Positions 31,801 through 44,042 of a stretch of DNA of 64,000 bases are shown piece after piece. Every line of letters begins with the position of its first letter. Position 1 is the first letter of the stretch. The notes beneath the pieces are model-generated. The model ran no database searches and was not told where the DNA came from. It saw only the letters and a program-made list of their open reading frames with translations. Position numbers and translations under genes: made by a program. The stretch is from Phoronis australis (lineage: Eukaryota; Animalia; Phoronida), in the NCBI GenBank assembly GCA_002633005.1, contig NMRA01000070.1, positions 543,872-607,871 on the forward strand, in the 5' to 3' direction.

Positions 31801-34800
31801 AAGTGCTCTATTATTGTTACCCTGTATAGAATATGCTTTAGTTACAACTTTGGCAGCCATTATATAAAAAGCTTTGGGGGGGAAATATTAGGATTCAACA
31901 ATGCCTATTCTCATAATATTTATTTGCCCACAGGGCCCACCTAAACATGGGTCATTCTGTGGTATTAGTTTTCTTCGAGATGTCATGTTTGTTCCAAAGC
32001 AAAATTCCTAAATGGTGAGCTATAAATATTGACCTTGATCTGCAACTTCATGTTACAAAAGCTTGACTGGGATTTCCTATAGATACCTTTTAACCAAAGA
32101 ACACATCTGGCAAAAACGAAGACTTCAAAATTCCATGAAGATTGAAAGTCTGGGGTCAGCTTCATGAAAGTGACTTAACTTCAGAAACAAATTTGATCTT
32201 GTGCTTCCGCTTCTCAATTGCTGAAAACGGGTTTAGGCGTTGGGCTCATTACTGTCTAGAAATAATCCATTGAAATTACCTCAGTAACTAGGGGTTACGT
32301 GCATATTCTCTGTCAGTGCAATTTTGTCTCAACAGGTACCTTACCACGATAGACCTTGTTTTCTGCTACCGAGAAGAACATAAAGCACCGCAGCATGTCA
32401 GAAACGCTTCGGTTTATTTCTCGTCTCCTTACAAAAATTTGAAAAAAGCGCGCAGGGAATTACATGCAAAAATAGGTCAGACACGTGACCCAACAACACT
32501 TTCTGAGCATTAGCTGGTCGCACAACCAGAACGAGTGACTGATAATGACCTAATTGACTTATCTATTGAGACCTAACGTTTTATCCACGTGTGATACGAT
32601 CAAGTGCTCTATTTTTTGACTCAAATGAAAGATGTCGTTGGAGCAAGCGAGTGGAATACCTTGACCCATTTTCTGATACCTTTGCTCATGCGAAATGTTT
32701 AGAACTTTATGTCAGGTTACAGCTTATCACGTTTTTAAACTGTGACTCTCGCCTGTTGAGAACTCAAAATATAAGGTAAAAGCAGTGGAAATTGACCTTT
32801 AAGTCATAGGTCACTATTCATGAAACAGACCCCTGGAATGAGTCTCAGTGTCAGATGTGTGTCAGTCTTGATAACATCTCAAGTTAAGTAATTGAATAAA
32901 CAAGGGTCAAAGGTCAGGTTGCAATAGTGCCAATGCTTCACAACAGCCCGACTTGGAATTATAACTGAGTACAGAAAGGATAACTTGCGAACAAATTTTC
33001 TCAAAATTAATGCTGTGAAATTAGCACATCCCAATGCAAAAATTTTCCTCTTGAACTCGGAAAATTTACCTAAAAATACGGCGATTATTTGAGGCAATTT
33101 TCACACGGGAAACTAAGGAACATGATGAGATCGATTTCATGGAAGGAAAAGGCTTAATTTGACTTTCGTCTTCTAGCCATCTTAACAGAGCAAAATGCAC
33201 CTTAAACAGGATGTAAGAGATTAAAAAAAGATTAAAATTCAGGAAGCAAATGACGCACTCCTGAGTCAGTCTGAAATGAGAAGTTAACTTAGAACAGAAC
33301 TTGCTTCATAACCCATAACACTGCATTACAAACAAAATATATATCATTTAGGCACATGCGCACAACTTAAGCCCTAGAATGCCAACTCCCGCAGGTAATC
33401 CAATGTATTCTATTATTAGAGCTTCCGACTAGCCAGGAAACTGCACTGAGAATTTCTGGCTGCCTGCTCCACTGAGTTTTGATAGACAACTGTAGATATC
33501 AAATCAAGCCTAATTTCATTACTTCCGTTTCATTTCATTATTGTTCATCAAACGAGACTCTTGAAGTATGGTTCCATACAATAAGCGATTTCTCTACAAC
33601 ATTAATCAATAAAACCCACGATTACACTGGTCATTATTTATAAACACCGACCTGTGGCCCTGGGTGGATGCAGGGAGTAGTTTGGCCTCTGATATTTTCA
33701 GAACTACTTTCGACAACATATCATACTACATGCTTCAAGTTTTTCAACAAGATATTTTTGAGTGTTAAATTTATGTTACAGTATATTACGGAAACATATT
33801 TGACCTAAATTAAAAGTTTAGGTCCTCAAAAAGGTGTGTTTATGAAACATTCGATAAATTACCCAGAATTGTTTAGCTAAGTGACGTGTGTGTGTGTGTG
33901 TGTTGTGTGTGTTGTGTGTGTGTGTTGTGTGTGTGTTGTGTGTGTGTGTGTGTGTGTGTGTTATACCATTTCCAATTGTTTCTATAATAATGTTTTTTTT
34001 GTTAATTCAATTTCTGAGAAGTAGGCCTACTGTTATCTGTAGTATTTACCTATGCCTGTGAAATAAAATTTTAGAAAAAAGAAAAGTTTACCTTGTAAAA
34101 ACCCCCAATCCAGTACTTCATGATGCTGACAGCATACAGTGTATTTTGCCAATTACGCCACTCTTGTCGGCCTTTCCTACTTTTTTGATCTTTTTTCCAC
34201 CATCCCACCACACCATCTAAATGTCCTGCTTTTTGATACACGGCCAAATTGACATATTGTCATACACCATTGTAATTTCCCATACGACATAGACATTTTT
34301 TCCTGCTAGACTACAAAAAATAAAAACGCGATGTTTCATGGGTTTTTATGGCACCCGCAGTTTCGCATTCAATTATAAAATGCAGTAACAAAAAATGCTG
34401 TCAGGCATTTTAGGTGTTACATTTCCTGTTCGGCACAAAACAGTCGGTACGTCTTTGTATTTTGCAGCGAACATTTCACCGTTATGTTTTGGCTTAGACC
34501 CAAGATGTCCTGCTTTTTATCCTGGAGTTTTGTGTTTCAATGCAGTTATTACGTTTTTCCGTTCTTGAATTTTGACCGCGACAACTAAGCAACAGGTGTT
34601 CAAAATGGCATCATCTCTTTTTATGAATACTGTTATTTTCCAGAGTGAAATTTCCTTTGAAACATAATGATCGTAAAATGTGTTCCAATGTCTCTTGTTT
34701 ATGGTAATAAACACTACAAGTACCAGGATCACTAACTTTTACTTTCTGCAGAAGATAGTTACATCAAAACTTTCATGGAAAGTCTAACACCGCAACCAAT

Positions 34801-37800
34801 GTGGTGAGCTATCCAGAGTACATTTCAAACCTACCTGATGATTGCCTATTTTCTATGCATCAGAAAACCTTTATCTGCAAATTTCCGATAGATACTTGGA
34901 GTAGTTTATTGCATTTTTTGAAATGTGACTGCATTCTAAATTTTTACTGAAGAATGTTATTGTACCTAACGCATCCAAGGCCCAATTAACTATAATATAT
35001 AAAGATGAATAATTTTGAATAAATGCCTGAATAATCAATGCATAGCAAGTGTGAGGTATCCCTATTCTAAAACCTTTGTCTTTATATGGTAGAAATCGTT
35101 TGAATCATTGAAATTATTTCCCTAAAGGCTTAACTAGTCATTCATATAACCTCTCTGGTTCATTTTCTTTTTTATATTACAATTACATACTGTTATTTTT
35201 TTGCATTTTGGCAACACTTTTGGTTTTTAGAATTAAGAAATATTTTAAAAGCAGCCAGGTATGTAAAATGGTAATTATTTACAAATTAAATTATTTGTCG
35301 TTTCCTTCAGATATAATCACCAGTAACTGATGAAGGGCTTTCCAATGATATGGCTCGTATGCAATTTACTTCAAAATCAGCAGAGTAGCGAAAAGTTTTA
35401 GGGACTGTACAGTAAATTCCATAGCATGTATACACACACCGGAGCAAATGAATGCAAACAACTCTCAAGCATGCTTGGCGCAACCTCAGCGGCTGCAAGA
35501 TTGGAGTTGGCATTCCAAGGCTAGAGTTCTATGGAACATGTTACATGCTTCTCTTACCCAACTTTACCGAAAATGTCCACAAATTGAAAATAATGCATTT
35601 TTGAAAGGAAATCCTTTACTCAAGATGTGCTATAAGCTTAAACATTTTCCAGGGCCTTCTTTTCAACATGAGCTGAATACCAGATCAACTTTTTGAAACT
35701 CAGGTTACACATCCGCGACGACAAAATCTCGAAACAGAGAGTTATGATGAAATATACCGCATGAACAATGGCATTACAGTTGATCATAAACTGCGATCCC
35801 CTTTAAGTCATCCACAGTGCATTAATTGGCAAATGCCTCAAAAGTCCCGTCCACACACCGCCCTAGAACAACTTGCACTGGTGCACACATATATCTGATA
35901 ACTAGGATTGTCGCTCTATTCATGACAACGAACAGCTGATGGCGCAAAAAGAAGACCCATCTATGTGTAATCGCAGCTGATAATTACTGCTTTCTTGCCC
36001 CAGCTTTGTAGCCACACAGGAATTAGAAGTGGCGCAAGCTATCTGGAACATCGATAAGGTGGAGTAAGTTGTCACAAATGATGCAAGTTGCACTAGATCA
36101 AGTAGCGTCAAGACAGCCCTTAAAAATAGCAACAACTCATTCAATGAGTAACTTGTTCTAGGGCAAGTCTGAGTGTGGAAGACACTTAACACACATGTGA
36201 GTCACCAGGCTTTTAGTTTGCAAAAACTAACAGTGCAATACAGTAAAGGCCACTTTATGTGGCTGAGCTGAGACCCCAGCTCATCTGCTGAGCTGAGACC
36301 CCAGCTCATCTGCTGAGCTGAGACCCCAGCTCATCATGCCAGGTCAGCAAAGAAGAGCAAAACGTTCACGTTGGAACCAGCGTCCCATCTAGCAGCCGCC
36401 ATTGGACGGCCAGTTTTAAAAAACGATGGATTGGACGACGTGGCCAAGAGAGAAAAAATCGGCATGTTTCTGGACACTCTCTACAAAAACCATGACTAAA
36501 CAAAGAATTTCAACATTTCTGATTGACAAACTTTACTGAAACCTACATGTTGTTTTAGTCTGATNACCCCAGCTCATCTGCTGAGCTGAGACCCCAGCTC
36601 ATCTGCTGAGCTGAGACCCCAGCTCATCTGCTGAGCTGAGACCCCAGCTCATCATGCCAGGTCAGCGAAGAAGAGCAAAACGTTCACGTTGGAACCAGCG
36701 TCCCATCTAGCAGCCGCCATTGGACGGCCAGTTTTAAAAAACGATGGATTGGACGACGTGGCCAAGAGAGAAAAAATCGGCATGTTTCTGGACACTCTCT
36801 ACAAAAACCATGACTAAACAAAGAATTTCAACATTTCTGATTGACAAACTTTACTGAAACCTACATGTTGTTTTAGTCTGATATAAACATTTAGACATAA
36901 ATCGAGGTCGCAGACTATTATCATTTATTTTTGGTGATGTGGGCATTTCATCAGAACTTCCAGGTAATGTTCAACTACAGAATCCTACAGCTCAGTACAG
37001 TCGATTGCATAACTTTTGTTCAACACTGTTTGGAACATGTAACCAGGGTACATTCCATGACACTTGCCCTGTGTACTGATAGTAGTGGCCTTGTCACACC
37101 AAGGCGTATCTCAGAACGATCTAGAAAACCAGGAAAAATGAGTGGGATCCAAATACAATCTGACTAAAAGCGCGTGTGCACTGTCGCATTTAAGGTATGC
37201 TGGTTAAATTTTCCTGTTCCCTGGTCGTCTTATAAGGATGTCAAGACGGGCTCGTATCTTCCGAGAATGAGTTTGGAATGACAGAGCCTTACAAAACACA
37301 CACTACAGTGTCAGGGGAAAGAGAGGGTTAAGGTCCAAATTTCATGCCTCAGGGTTTATTTCCAATTTTGCTATGGTCAAATTGCATACAGAGGGAGAAT
37401 AATGTAGATCAGTTAATAAATGTGTTACCAGGAATTTTAATCCTGTTGCCTCACCTTCAACAGTCGACCATCGTGAGTTCCAGCCACAATAACTGGAATG
37501 CGTGCCTCGTTTTTCACATACGTTCTGACAACAATTGACGTCAGCAGATGCGACAGGGGGATGAGGAGTCGATGAGGAGGACTGGATTTCCCCCATAGCT
37601 GTTTGTTTGCGTCCAAAAAGCATGTATCCTCTTGAATGTCCTGGTTATATCTCTGCCATAAAAGTACATCATACTAAAACTGACTTTTTCACCAAAAAAT
37701 GGCAGTCCCAGCTTAAAATGCAGAGACTCTCCGAATATCAAATGCTTGTAGATATATCCAGCCTCTTACAAACAATGAAGTTGTACCCTGACAGTCAGTG

Positions 37801-40800
37801 GAAGAAAAGACGAGTTACGGCCCATGGCCTAGTTTTACTAATTCAAGTCCTTGCACACTTTGCAAAAAAGCACATTCTAAATAATTACTTTAAAGTATTT
37901 TAAACAAAAATAAAGATTTAACTTCTTGTTTTTCTCAGGGCTTGGAATAACCAATGACAAAAAACGCGGAAACTTTGAAACTTTTACAGCCCAAATCATG
38001 CCCGATAACCAGCCTTGAAATGGTCAATGTGAACCTTTCCCCGATAAAAATCGGGAGGACTAAAAAAAAATATAAAAAAACGTTACCACCATCAGTAGCA
38101 TGCGTCTGCGTCCTTTTAGCTCGCCCGTCCACTCCCAACCCACACATTTTTGGCTGCAGAGCGGTAGTATTTGTCGCCGCGCTTAACAATACCACGAGAC
38201 ACCATTGAAAATCCCACCACGCTGTCCCAGATGCCCCGGCAATGTTGAAAATTTACGTTCCTCCGAAACATAAAGAGCAACTTCCGCTTTTCGAGGTGAA
38301 CGTCGTCTGCAACGCCGCGGTAAGAAAGGAATTTGCCGCGGAAATTTTATATCAAATCAGATTTTTTTACGCGGAAATATCATAAAAAAGCGGAAAGCAC
38401 ATTTGAAAAAAGCGGAAACCCGTGTTTCCGCGAAAAATTCCAAGCCCTGTTTTCTAACAGTCAAAATTAATGCTTGAGACATTAAAAATTCATTTTTGGA
38501 GTGGAAACTAACTTAATGTAACAAGTTAGAATTGAGATTTTCTCAAGTTTAGATATAAATTCTTAACAGAGCAACGAACAATACGAGAAGTACAGTTGTA
38601 CGATATGTTTGCGCTCAAAAGCAGAAAACTTTCTTTAGACAGAAGGTGACTTTCTTGCCCCTTTCCGTAACCTGTAAGCTATGAGTATATGGTTTTTAAC
38701 TACAGGTGCAAAAGATCCATATAATGGCCTTTACTGACAACATCCAGACTCTAACAAAAGCAATGCGGAGCGTTGAAATGTGCCCACGAATACACCGCAA
38801 ATGGTGTGCTTCTGAAGTTGTTTGTTACATGAAAATGGCCAATACATGGCGCAAAAATGTCCAATCCATCTGAAAATGGGAACATGCTTCTTTAATACAA
38901 AGCTATTTATCAAATTTCATAAAAATCTGTCAAGGAACTTCAGAGAAACAAAGGAAAACAGAAAAAATTAAATTGCCACTAAGGGTTAAAGCATTCGTTG
39001 GATCCACCTGAAAGATGTCATCGTTGTTGTTAGCTTCATTAAGATCCTGCAATGGGTTTAGGAGATGCAGCTATGGGCGCAAAACAAAACAAAACTACCA
39101 CTAGGAGGTGCCACAGTAGTCAAAGTCGTCATTGTCAACTGTCCTCTTCACACTGAGAACATATACGGCAATTTTCAAAATCATCCTTAGAATGGTTTGA
39201 TTGATTGAGGGCTGGAAGCCAAAAATCACACTCGAAAAAACAGCAAAAATGGCCACTAGATGGCCCAAAGTACCTCGATTCCATCCGAAAATGGAATGAC
39301 AGCATCATCTCACCAATAGATGCCTATATTCCAAATTTTCTGAAAATGTGTCGACGACCTTTGAAGATAAACGTTAAAAACTAAAATTGCCACTAGGGGG
39401 CACACTGATAGTCAGATCCGTCTGAAAGTCGTAGTCCTCTCTTAGCATCATATAAATACACTTGCTACATTTAGTAAACATTCTGCAAACGGTTTAGGAG
39501 AAAAAACAAACTGCCACTAGGAGGTTCCACAGTTTTCGAAGTCGGAAAATCATTGTCAGCCGTCCTCTTCATAGTAAGAACATACATATTAATTTTCACA
39601 ATGATCCTTAGAGCGGTTTGGTTGATAGAGGGGTGGACGCCACAAAACAGACTCGAAAACAGTAAAAATGGCCACTAGGTGGCACAAACTAGGTCAAAGC
39701 CATCCAAAAATGGGAGGATAGCGTTATCTCACCAATAGATGTCTATATGCCAAATTTTATGGAAATACGTTGAGGACGCCGGACAGAGATGACGGCATAA
39801 TGTGTCCACATATAAATATGTGGGGATATAAAAATACACAATGTTAACCACACTACGCAATGTGGGTGCATAAGTCATACATACCTCACAAGACAGTGGC
39901 GTGCCTACAAACCATGACATTAATTTTCCAACGAAGCCAGCAAAACAGCGTTTTATTGTCTCTTTGAATGTCTGCTGAATGGCCGCCATGGAGTACACGC
40001 ACACCCTGGTACCGCTGCCAGCATCCGCCACATTCCCCGCCCCCTCATTTTTGCCGAAGGTGACGATGAGATCAACAACTGCATTGCGGTCTTTGTACAA
40101 AAACGCTGCCTGCGCAATGTTGAAATCGCCACAGGTCAACGGAATTTCAATGTAAGAGGAAAACGAATGATCATCTTGACAAACACGGCCTAAATGGGTG
40201 ACGAACTTATGAGTCGACGGCGGATTTTCAACAACCACAAAATAAGAGAATTTATTGTGCTCAAATGCGTGAATGTAAGTTAAATTTGTTGAATTTGCAT
40301 AATTCTTGACCACTTGTAATCCAGAGAAAGCCTTGAAAGTAGTAGATTTATATGTATATGCCATATTGTAAACACCATCTTTGACTGTTATATATCTACT
40401 TGAAACGGTTGAAGGGTAGAATTTATCAAATTTTCGACCATCATAAGCCACGGCCGAGTACAGAACACAATTTTTTTGTAAACCATATCCAAAAAATGAC
40501 ACAACAGATTTTTTTCCACCACCGTAATTCAAAATGTTGTTTCCTGGCATTTCCTTTGACCCATCTCTGACATTTTCGAGATTAGCAACCCAGCAAACAC
40601 CCTGTTTTGCACTGCCACAAAACAACAGGTAGCGATCGCACGTGTTGACCTCCAGCACTGCTACGTGATTGGAAGTTCGTGTACGTAGCTCCTCACAGTC
40701 CTGGGGTTCAGGTGGGCACAGTGGATTGTCATTGATTGGTCCTATGACATGTTCATATGTGGACTTTAGCGTAGACTCGTTAGCTAGGAGCTGCATCACA

Positions 40801-40973
40801 ACATTTCTACCTCCGACAAAAACGTTGTTTGTAACACTGTCGTAAGCCACTTGCCGTAGAGGTGCATAGTTATGCGATAGAACACGCTCAGCCAACCAAC
40901 TGACACTGCACAAACCAGTATTGCAAGCCGTCGAGATAATAAGGCAGGCTTGCAGAAAATAGGACAACCCCAT
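11041..40973 (-). CDS. MET: MET/RON-family (HGF-receptor-like) receptor tyrosine kinase, about 1344 aa, 19 coding exons
   Basis: Phase-consistent exons: 40973-39885, 37652-37455, 31458-31330 (Sema); 29416-29237 (PSI); 28928-28789, 27319-27178, 25774-25638, 23802-23611, 23361-23259, 21813-21550, 20621-20463 (IPT1-4); 19513-19267 (TM); 17407-17237 (JM); 16874-16794, 14933-14746, 13809-13700, 13089-12927, 11874-11738, 11245-11041 (kinase and tail). They sum to 4035 nt. Motifs: [54 protein letters not shown] and tail YVNV. The symbol indicates family (MET/MST1R co-orthologue), not strict orthology. Confidence 0.92.
12044..12905. repeat. CCA/CAA-rich low-complexity region with a ~30-bp minisatellite, interrupted by an N-gap
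   Basis: A unit of about CCAACACTACAACCACCAACACCACGGCCA repeats before the gap, and (CCACTGCCAACA)-like repeats run 12800-12890. The region is intronic. Confidence 0.85.
13440..13690 (+). mobile_element. tRNA-derived SINE-like element
   Basis: Degenerate tRNA head: TCAATGGGTTAGC (A-box-like), TCTGC/GCAGA anticodon-like stem with a 7-nt loop, and GGGTTCATGTCC (B-box-like). No intact acceptor stem. The 3' boundary is approximate. Confidence 0.55.
15769..16773. repeat. ~500-bp direct duplication across the single N at 16270 (probable haplotype-overlap assembly artefact)
   Basis: 15769-16269 and 16271-16773 are near-identical with a few SNPs and are joined exactly at an N. Confidence 0.8.
16017..16258. 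mobile_element. MITE with GGGTCTGTTTWATGAAA TIRs and CAG TSD (PIF/Harbinger-related, NuwaI-like); second copy at 16522-16763
   Basis: cag|GGGTCTGTTTAATGAAA ... TTTCATAAAACAGACCC|cag. Confidence 0.7.
17699..18942 (-). mobile_element. Helentron-associated non-autonomous element (HINE/DINE-1-like), copy 1, spanning an N-gap
   Basis: On the minus strand: 5' TTTTTATGCGCCCACATA hairpin, a (GTCC)n microsatellite, repeated internal modules, then 3' subTIR GTGGGCGCAT, CAACGC..GCGTTG stem-loop and CTCTTGT. Confidence 0.75.
19267..19513 (-). CDS. MET: MET-like RTK transmembrane exon
   Basis: Hydrophobic helix [24 protein letters not shown] followed by the basic stop-transfer RRK. Confidence 0.9.
21171..21389. 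repeat. ~119-bp diverged tandem duplication
   Basis: CCAGAATCAACTGAAATCTA...AGGTCGAxTACTTC occurs twice with a period of about 119 bp. Confidence 0.8.
25898..26458 (+). mobile_element. THAP-remnant MITE (ISL2EU-like), copy 1
   Basis: Starts at|AGGGACGTTCCAGATCACAC. Contains a decayed [14 protein letters not shown]... THAP N-terminus from 26077, and an imperfect right TIR near 26438-26458. Homologous to 43507-44042 and 54190-54554. Confidence 0.7.
26489..26924. mobile_element. 436-bp foldback (whole-element palindrome) with 6-bp TSD TGTTTA
   Basis: Arms ACAGCTTCTTATTTAATTTGAACTTTTCTTAT... and ...ATAAGAAAAGTTCAAATTAAATAAGAAGCTGT pair through to the centre near 26705. TGTTTA flanks both ends (26483-26488 and 26925-26930). 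Confidence 0.85.
29237..29416 (-). CDS. MET: MET-like RTK PSI-domain exon
   Basis: Translates to [59 protein letters not shown], an 8-Cys PSI pattern. This exon is missing from the ORF track. Confidence 0.9.
31201..31275. repeat. 39-bp tandem duplication
   Basis: AGTCGTCCTCTTGAGGTCTCTTGGCGACAATACAT occurs twice. Confidence 0.9.
32153..32832. mobile_element. ~680-bp non-autonomous TIR element with CTG TSD (same TIR family as 16017-16258)
   Basis: ctg|GGGTCAGCTTCATGAA ... TTCATGAAACAGACCC|ctg. Confidence 0.7.
33886..33960. repeat. (TG)n microsatellite
   Basis: Imperfect GT dinucleotide run. Confidence 0.95.
36262..36883. repeat. 25-bp hairpin minisatellite (CTGAGCTGAGACCCCAGCTCATCTG) within a ~300-bp duplication across the N at 36565
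   Basis: About 3 units per block. Blocks 36274-36564 and 36566-36883 are near-identical and joined at an N, so the block duplication is probably an assembly artefact. Confidence 0.8.
37936..38449. mobile_element. hAT-like MITE with CAGGGCTTGGAAT TIRs and 6-bp TSD TTTTCT
   Basis: ttttct|CAGGGCTTGGAAT ... ATTCCAAGCCCTG|ttttct, with subterminal GCGGAA repeats. Confidence 0.75.
38753..39834 (-). mobile_element. HINE/Helentron-type element, copy 2
   Basis: Same termini and internal GCCACTAG(G/A)(G/T)GGC modules as copies 1 and 3. Confidence 0.8.
39885..40973 (-). CDS. MET: MET-like RTK first coding exon: signal peptide and most of the Sema domain
   Basis: ATG at 40973 ([22 protein letters not shown], hydrophobic). 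Sema motifs include [33 protein letters not shown] and [21 protein letters not shown] donor at 39884; acceptor at 41106. Confidence 0.93.
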
Positions 40974-41525
40974 TGTTGAGAATAGGAAAAGCTGTTGACC
41001 TAGCAACGTATCACATCACAGTTGAAGGTCTACAACCTGCTGCTCCTCTGTTCCAACAGAATTTGTCTTCTAATTCAACTCATCTCTAAAAGACGTCCAA
41101 ATTACCTGCAAGCAAAAGAACAACTCCTGTGATTTTTGGCATTTGACTTAATATGGCTATAGATAAGGTCATCTAGGCCTTATCATCAAGACTTGTGCAC
41201 TTCCCCAAATATCAACAAACCACTAGAATTTGACTCAGTAAAAGGACACATTTTCTGAAAGCAGAATGTCTTGTAAAATTTCAATTCAGACTGTGTACAA
41301 AACAGCAATCACATTGGTCAAGTGCTGCAAAAAAGAAAGGTACATTTGTAGCAAAACAATACGAATAACAATATCAAATTTCATTCGATAAAAATGTGAA
41401 AGTTTAAAATTTTAAAAAAATTTGCGTATTCTAAATCATAATTTTTCTTTTACTATTAATGCAAACTCTTTAACTCACTAGTTTTGACAGACTTTCATTG
41501 ACTTAGACAACTTTGGTCACATGTA

Positions 41526-42151
41526 CCGTAATCGTTCGGGTTAACGCCCTGGGCGGTTAAATTGGCGAATCCAAAAAATCGGGGGAGGGCGTTTAACCGA
41601 GCAGTGGGCGGTTAAATCGAAAATCCACGTAAAGTAGGGGATGGGCGGTTAACCGAACATGGGCGCTTATTACGACAGACAACCGCCCTGGGCGGTTAAT
41701 CTTTACCTGGCGATCTAAATCCCGACACGACAATCATACTCGGAACGCGTAGCCCTTTTCAAAGAGCTTTATCGTCACGTCGCCAAATGACTGTGAAAAC
41801 ATCATAACAGCGGATGATCCCAACAAAGGTTCTCTTGTCCTCAGATTAGTCATTCACTATTAAATTTACAAAATTGCTGAGTAATAGCCCNCCGGCGTCG
41901 TTGCACTCATTGTGATCGTCGATCTTTTTCTAAAAGACGGGGAATCGCGCATTTCCTTAGCACTAGGCGCTAAATCTTCATTCTTTAAAAGTCGGGGATG
42001 GGCGCTTAACCGAGAAGTGGGCGCTTAACTGGAAATCTTCAAAAATCGCAGGGGGGCGCTTAACTGAGCAGTGGGCGGTTAAATCGAAAATCCACCTAAA
42101 GTAGGGGGTGGGCGGTTAACTGAGCATGGGCGTTAACCCGAACGATTACGG
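41526..42151. mobile_element. Tc1/mariner(pogo)-type MITE with TA TSD and 24-bp perfect TIR
   Basis: ta|CCGTAATCGTTCGGGTTAACGCCC ... GGGCGTTAACCCGAACGATTACGG|ta, with many internal GGGCG(G/C)TTAA subterminal repeats. Confidence 0.85.
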
Positions 42152-43506
42152 TAGTTCCTTGGTCAAATTGTATTTGAGTTCACAAACTTGGAACAACAAA
42201 CAAAGACTTTACAAGTTGGTTCGTCAAAGCGGCCCACTACACCAACAACCATGAACATCATAAATAAAGGATTGCTAGTTTGTTGCAAGCCAGACATCAT
42301 TTCTTATCTGAATAAAGAACACTCTGCCACCAAATTTACACCATTAAGTGGTCTAAATCAAACGATTACACCATTTGACGGAACATCGGAACATCGGTTA
42401 AAAGGTACAGTACGAGCCAAAAGCATTCAAACAAAATGACCCAGAATTCCCCTTAATGATGTCTGAGCAGAGGCCAAAGTCACCGTCAAGAGTAGTTTTA
42501 TCTCATGAGCCAGAGAGAATACTGGGAAATTAACAAGAAAGGTACGGTAATAAGATGGCTGAGCCACTTTGTTTTTTTTTGCTCCAACAGTTACTACCAG
42601 TAATTTGTGCTGCTAGCAGAATCAGCTGTCATGATGGAGAAACAGAATAGTGTGCAATTAATTTTATCTCGCAATGCAGTTGCTTCAACCTGACCTCATA
42701 CCCATTACCAAGTGAGAGAGGACCAATCAAATTCTTTACCTATTTACCGAGCCCGCGATCTGTGTACTTTCACAAACAGAAATAAAGATTAAGAAAACTT
42801 CAGTCCGTTAGCTTTGCATGAATTTTGAAAATTTTTGGACTAAGTTTACATTATTTGCCACAAGTTAATAAGCCTTGAAATAAAATGACAATTTTGGTAA
42901 TATTTTTTAGAGAAATAAATAATGGATTGTCTAAAAACGAATCTCCTGATAAGCGAAATTGGGCACAGCTTTCAGATTAGTCAAATCTTTTTAAGGAACC
43001 GGATTCCAGCACTGAGTCTACACTGAGGTCAACCAAATGGTCATTAGAATTATCAATTGCTAACTGCTGTCACTAATGACAGTACCTAAGAAAGTTGGTA
43101 TGGCGACATCTCAAACATTTTAGACAAAAATTGTCCTTTTCCAACTTCCAAGTCTTTAAATATTTTATAGTAAATGACAACGAACTTTCAACTGGGTCAA
43201 CCTGAGCCAATGTCTTCTCTGCTTTACAACACAAATGTTTGAAAAATTAATGCATAGTAGTACTCATTTTCTATTCTACTGCAGTTGAAACAATAGTGGC
43301 ATACTCAGATAGTGAAATAAGGTGCTGTAATAATAGCACCATTTCAGCAAGAACCATAAGTCTGAATGCACACCACATATGGCGGCTATATCACACAACC
43401 TATAGTTAAATATAAAAAGATCGCTGTTCCAAAAGGCTTCAAACAAGGGACTTTCAGCTATCCGCAAAGGTGATCTAGTCTGCCGAGCAATTTCTAACTA
43501 GACAAT

Positions 43507-44042
43507 AGGGCGGTCCTGCATTATACAGCCATAGAACTCTCCTTTATAGCACTGAAAAAAAAGCGCATCGTTTTCCCTGCCTTATTATTGAATGTCAAGA
43601 CACATTTTCACAGATCATATCAGAATCTGCCAAAGTGTATGGCTATGAAAATATTTCCGACTTAAACCATTTACAAGCACCGCAATAAAAAAGGTATAAT
43701 CTCTAAGAAAGGGGATTGCGTTTGCTTCAACCCGACGATCTTGCTTTAAACACACGCCCCGCATTTTCTTGTCTTCAGATTGATGTCGGGAACGCAAAGA
43801 ACTTAAGGTCACACATCCACGGATATTTGTCAAATTTATCCAACTTTCTCCAGTCGGATTTGTAGCCCACAACACAGCAGTAATACTTCTTTGGCATTTG
43901 AAGGACGGATGAAGTAATGCAGAGTAGAAAAACTTGAAAAGAATACACAGAACATGTGGAACTCCAATGGCGTGGAATACCTAAGTTCTTGAAGGGCATT
44001 GCAGCGATATTCCAGTGTAGCTGTGTAATCGGGGATGGCTCT
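43507..44042 (-). mobile_element. THAP-remnant MITE (ISL2EU-like), copy 2
   Basis: at|AGGGCGGTCCTGCATTATACAGC ... GCTGTGTAATCGGGGATGGCTCT|at. Encodes the decayed THAP-like start MPKKYYCCVVGYKSDWRKLDKFDKYPWMCDLKFFAFP. Confidence 0.75.

Noticed and set aside
39729-39884. C-terminal extension of the 425-aa ORF
   Set aside because: It reads through the GT donor at 39884 into intron and HINE sequence. The TTG start at 41006 is also upstream of the real ATG.
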